NCBI GenBank assembly: GCA_963759105.1
Contig: CAVWXW010000004.1
Coordinates: forward strand, 47,963-111,962
DNA from: an uncultured delta proteobacterium
Lineage (GTDB): Bacteria; Myxococcota_A; Polyangia; Haliangiales; Haliangiaceae
Direction of reading: 5' to 3'
Length of the DNA stretch: 64,000 bases
Shown piece after piece: positions 61,711 to 64,000 of the stretch (its first letter is position 1; each line of letters begins with the position of its first letter). A model generated the notes under the pieces. That model was not told where the DNA came from. It saw nothing but the letters and a program-made list of their open reading frames with translations, and did no database searches. Position numbers and translations under genes: made by a program.

Positions 61711-62656
61711 GGTACGGCGTCAAAGCGCGTCGCCGCCGGCGGGCCGCCCGACCGTGCCGGCGCGCCATTTCGGGGCGTGACGGCCTGGCTCGGCTCCGGA
61801 AACCGGACCCGGGCTCGCCGTCGCAACCGGTCACCAGCAGTGCCGCAGCCAGTACGCACCAGTGAGAACTGGAGGCTGCGGCCGGCGAGCTACGCCCGTG
61901 GACCGGTCGGGCCGTGCCCCGTCCTGCCACCGGCCGGCCTCGACGGGCCGATCAGGGAGGGACAGGTGGGAGTCAGGAACACCGGGTCAGATATCGACGT
62001 TCCGCGTGGTACGTCCGCGCGGCGTCAGCAAGAGGTCGAGCTTGAGCGCGGGCCTGCGCCTCAGCGGCCGGGGCGGCGGGAGGCGGTCGTCCTTTCCTCT
62101 CGATGCCTTGCCCTCGGACTCCGGCTCCGGCGGGACCCTGGTCACGAGGGCGACCATGCTGGCCCGCAGCGACGGATCGATGCGGCGGCGCCGGGCGGGC
62201 GGCGGCCCGTCCCCGCTCTCGCGCGCTCGCAGCCACCGGAGCTCGCGGCGCACTTGTGGTTCGCTGGAAGTCTGTCGAGGCCTCTGCTTCATCGCTCGTC
62301 TTGCCAAGAGTCACACTCCACATCGGGTCGCCCGCGGCAGGCAGATACCCAAGCACATGGCGAGCCAGCTCTGCCGGCACGCGATATCGCGACTGTGCGC
62401 TGCGCTGTGGCTGTGGCGCGTCCGGCACACGGGACACTCTGTCCACAGCTTCGGCCAAACTGTCCATCACATGGGACATGCGGCGGACGTGTCAGACGTG
62501 ACGCGCCGTCGACACGACCCGAGCGGCTGCGAACGCACGGAATGCGCCGCGCGCAACCTCGTCGCGCGCATGGGCTTGAACGACCTCCGAGTCCGCCCGC
62601 CTCGATTCAATCAATCGATTGACTGGCCCGGCCTCGCGCCGTATGACCTGGGCATG

Positions 62657-63334
62657 GTCGCCACCACAGCCAGCGCGGCCGGTGCCCGCGAGCGGCTGCT
62701 CGCCGCCGCCATCGACGTCTTCGGTCGGCGCGGCTTCGCCGGAGCGACGACGCGCATGATCGCCAGCGCGGCCGGCGTCAATCTACAATCCATCACGTAC
62801 CACTTCGGCGGCAAGCAGGGCCTCTACCTGGCGGCCGCCGACCACATCGCCGAGCTCATCGGCGCGCGCATCGGGCCGATGGGCCGGCGGGCGCAGGTCC
62901 GCTTCGCGCGCCGCGGCCAGGTATCGGCCGACGAGGCGCGCGCGCTGCTGGCCGACATGCTGGGCGCCGTCGCCGGCATCCTCTTCTCCGAGGAGTGGAC
63001 GCCTGTCGCCCGCTTCATCGTGCGCGAGCAGATGGACCCGACCGAGGCGTTCGATCGCATCTACGCGCGCGTCATGGAGCCGCAGCTCGAGATCGCGCGC
63101 CGCATCGTCGGCACCATCACCGGCGAGGACCCGCGCACGACGCGGGTCCGGCTGCGCACGCTGTCGCTTGTGGGGAGCATCGTCTTCTTCCGCATCGCCC
63201 AGGCGGCGGCGCTGCGCCAGCTGGGCTGGACCCGGACCGGGCCGCGCGAGCTGGCCGCCGTGCGCGAGCTGGTGCGCGAGACCGCCGCCTCGGTGGCCGG
63301 CCCTGCAAGCAAGAGGAAGGGGAGCAACCGATGA
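62657..63334 (+). CDS. TetR/AcrR-family transcriptional regulator
   Basis: ARERLLAAAIDVFGRRGFAGATTRMIASAAGVNLQSITYHFGGKQGLYLAAADHI (TetR HTH). Preceded by the palindrome TCAATCGATTGA at 62612-62623. Confidence 0.75.
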   Translation, partial: VATTASAAGARERLLAAAIDVFGRRGFAGATTRMIASAAGVNLQSITYHFGGKQGLYLAAADHIAELIGARIGPMGRRAQVRFARRGQVSADEARALLADMLGAVAGILFSEEWTPVARFIVREQMDPTEAFDRIYARVMEPQLEIARRIVGTITGEDPRTTRVRLRTLSLVGSIVFFRIAQAAALRQLGWTRTGPRELAAVRELVRETAASVAGPASKRKGSNR

Positions 63335-64000
63335 ACAAGCGCATCCTCCGCGTCGCGCGTGCCGGTGGCCGTCGTCGGTGGCATCGGCGCATGGCTGTTC
63401 GCGTCGGGTCGCCTGGGCGGCGACGAGCCGTCCGACCAGCTCGCGCTCTACGGCAACGTCGACATCCGGCAGGTCGAGCTCGGCTTCCGCGTCGCCGGAC
63501 GCATCGCGGCCATGAAGCTCGAGGAGGGCCAGGCGGTGACGGCGGGCGCGGCGCTGGCCGAGCTCGACGCGCGCTCGTACCAGGACGAGGTGCGCGCGGC
63601 CCGGGCCCAGGTGGCCCAGCAGGAGGCCGCGCTGGCCAAGCTCGAGCGCGGGCCGCGCCGGGCCGAGATCGCGCAGGCGCGCGCCGCCCTGTCCGAGCGC
63701 AAGGCCACGCTGGACAACGCGCGCACCGAGCTCGACCGCATCCCAGCGCCTGCTGGCGAGCGACGCCATCCCGCAAGGCGAGCTTCGACCAGGCCCGCAC
63801 GGCGCGCGAGACATCGCAGGCGCGCGTGGCGGAGGCGACCGCGGCCCTGCGCGTGCTCGAGGAAGGCTCGCGCTCCGAGGACATCGCCGCGGCGCAGGCC
63901 AGCCTGGACGGGGCCCGTGCGCGGCTCGCCGCCGCCGAGACCTCGCTGGCCGACAGCCGCCTTACCGCGCCGTCCGACGGCATCATCCTGTCGCGCGTGC
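63331..64000 (+). CDS. efflux-transporter periplasmic adaptor (HlyD/RND MFP family), partial and frameshifted
   Basis: MNKRILRV..., then LALYGNVDIRQVELGFRVAGRIAAMKLEEGQAVTAGAALAELDARSYQDEVRAARAQVAQQEAALAKLERGPRRAEIAQARAAL in frame 3. Runs off the window end. Confidence 0.6.
   Translation, partial: MNKRILRVARAGGRRRWHRRMAVRVGSPGRRRAVRPARALRQRRHPAGRARLPRRRTHRGHEARGGPGGDGGRGAGRARRALVPGRGARGPGPGGPAGGRAGQARARAAPGRDRAGARRPVRAQGHAGQRAHRARPHPSACWRATPSRKASFDQARTARETSQARVAEATAALRVLEEGSRSEDIAAAQASLDGARARLAAAETSLADSRLTAPSDGIILSRV

Noticed and set aside
61973-62479. 168-aa minus ORF in the MarR-GNAT/TetR intergenic region
   Set aside because: It has no RBS or start context and is Arg/Ala-rich. The region is better explained as divergent promoters with the two palindromic operators.

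Overview
This 64-kb window is about 72% GC, uses mainly TGA stops, and has a gene content that points to a myxobacterium-like delta-proteobacterium (moderate confidence). Supporting that are CdnL, an FHA-domain sigma54 activator paired with a Ser/Thr kinase, sigma54 promoters, many lipoproteins, and MotA/MotB in an apparently non-flagellar setting. At least 20 genes have their reading frame broken at several points, while others (the PCAT exporter, tal, rpiB, the sigma54 activator, the kinase, MotA) are intact. That pattern looks like indel-type sequencing error rather than pseudogene decay, so gene boundaries here are approximate. Core genes include cysK, a ClC channel, RtcB, an ALDH7-type dehydrogenase, a desaturase, CdnL, OsmC, the pentose-phosphate operon rpiB-tal-gnd-zwf, RecQ, Topo III, a GH63 hydrolase, a glycogen debranching enzyme, an AlkZ/YcaQ glycosylase and a BioF-like synthase. 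The most interesting part is an accessory locus at about 16.0 to 31.2 kb, next to a dense tRNA array that contains a split, permuted tRNA remnant. It encodes two precursor peptides with textbook double-glycine leaders (16029..16397 and 26672..26887, both minus strand). The first lies in an operon with a C39-peptidase ABC exporter (PCAT), two membrane-fusion proteins (one fused to a GAF-like domain), a TolC-family outer-membrane protein and a lipoprotein, all downstream of a sigma54 promoter. The second is Met/Cys-rich and is co-oriented downstream of two paralogous outer-membrane beta-barrel genes (likely co-transcribed), which also sit behind a near-consensus sigma54 promoter. Between the two operons lie an FHA-domain sigma54 activator and a Ser/Thr kinase. 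Also notable are an artificial-looking G(n)A(n) homopolymer tract of about 580 bp at 4866..5444 and a contiguous XPB-helicase / DUF790 (Bax1-like) / TopoIII / RecQ cluster.
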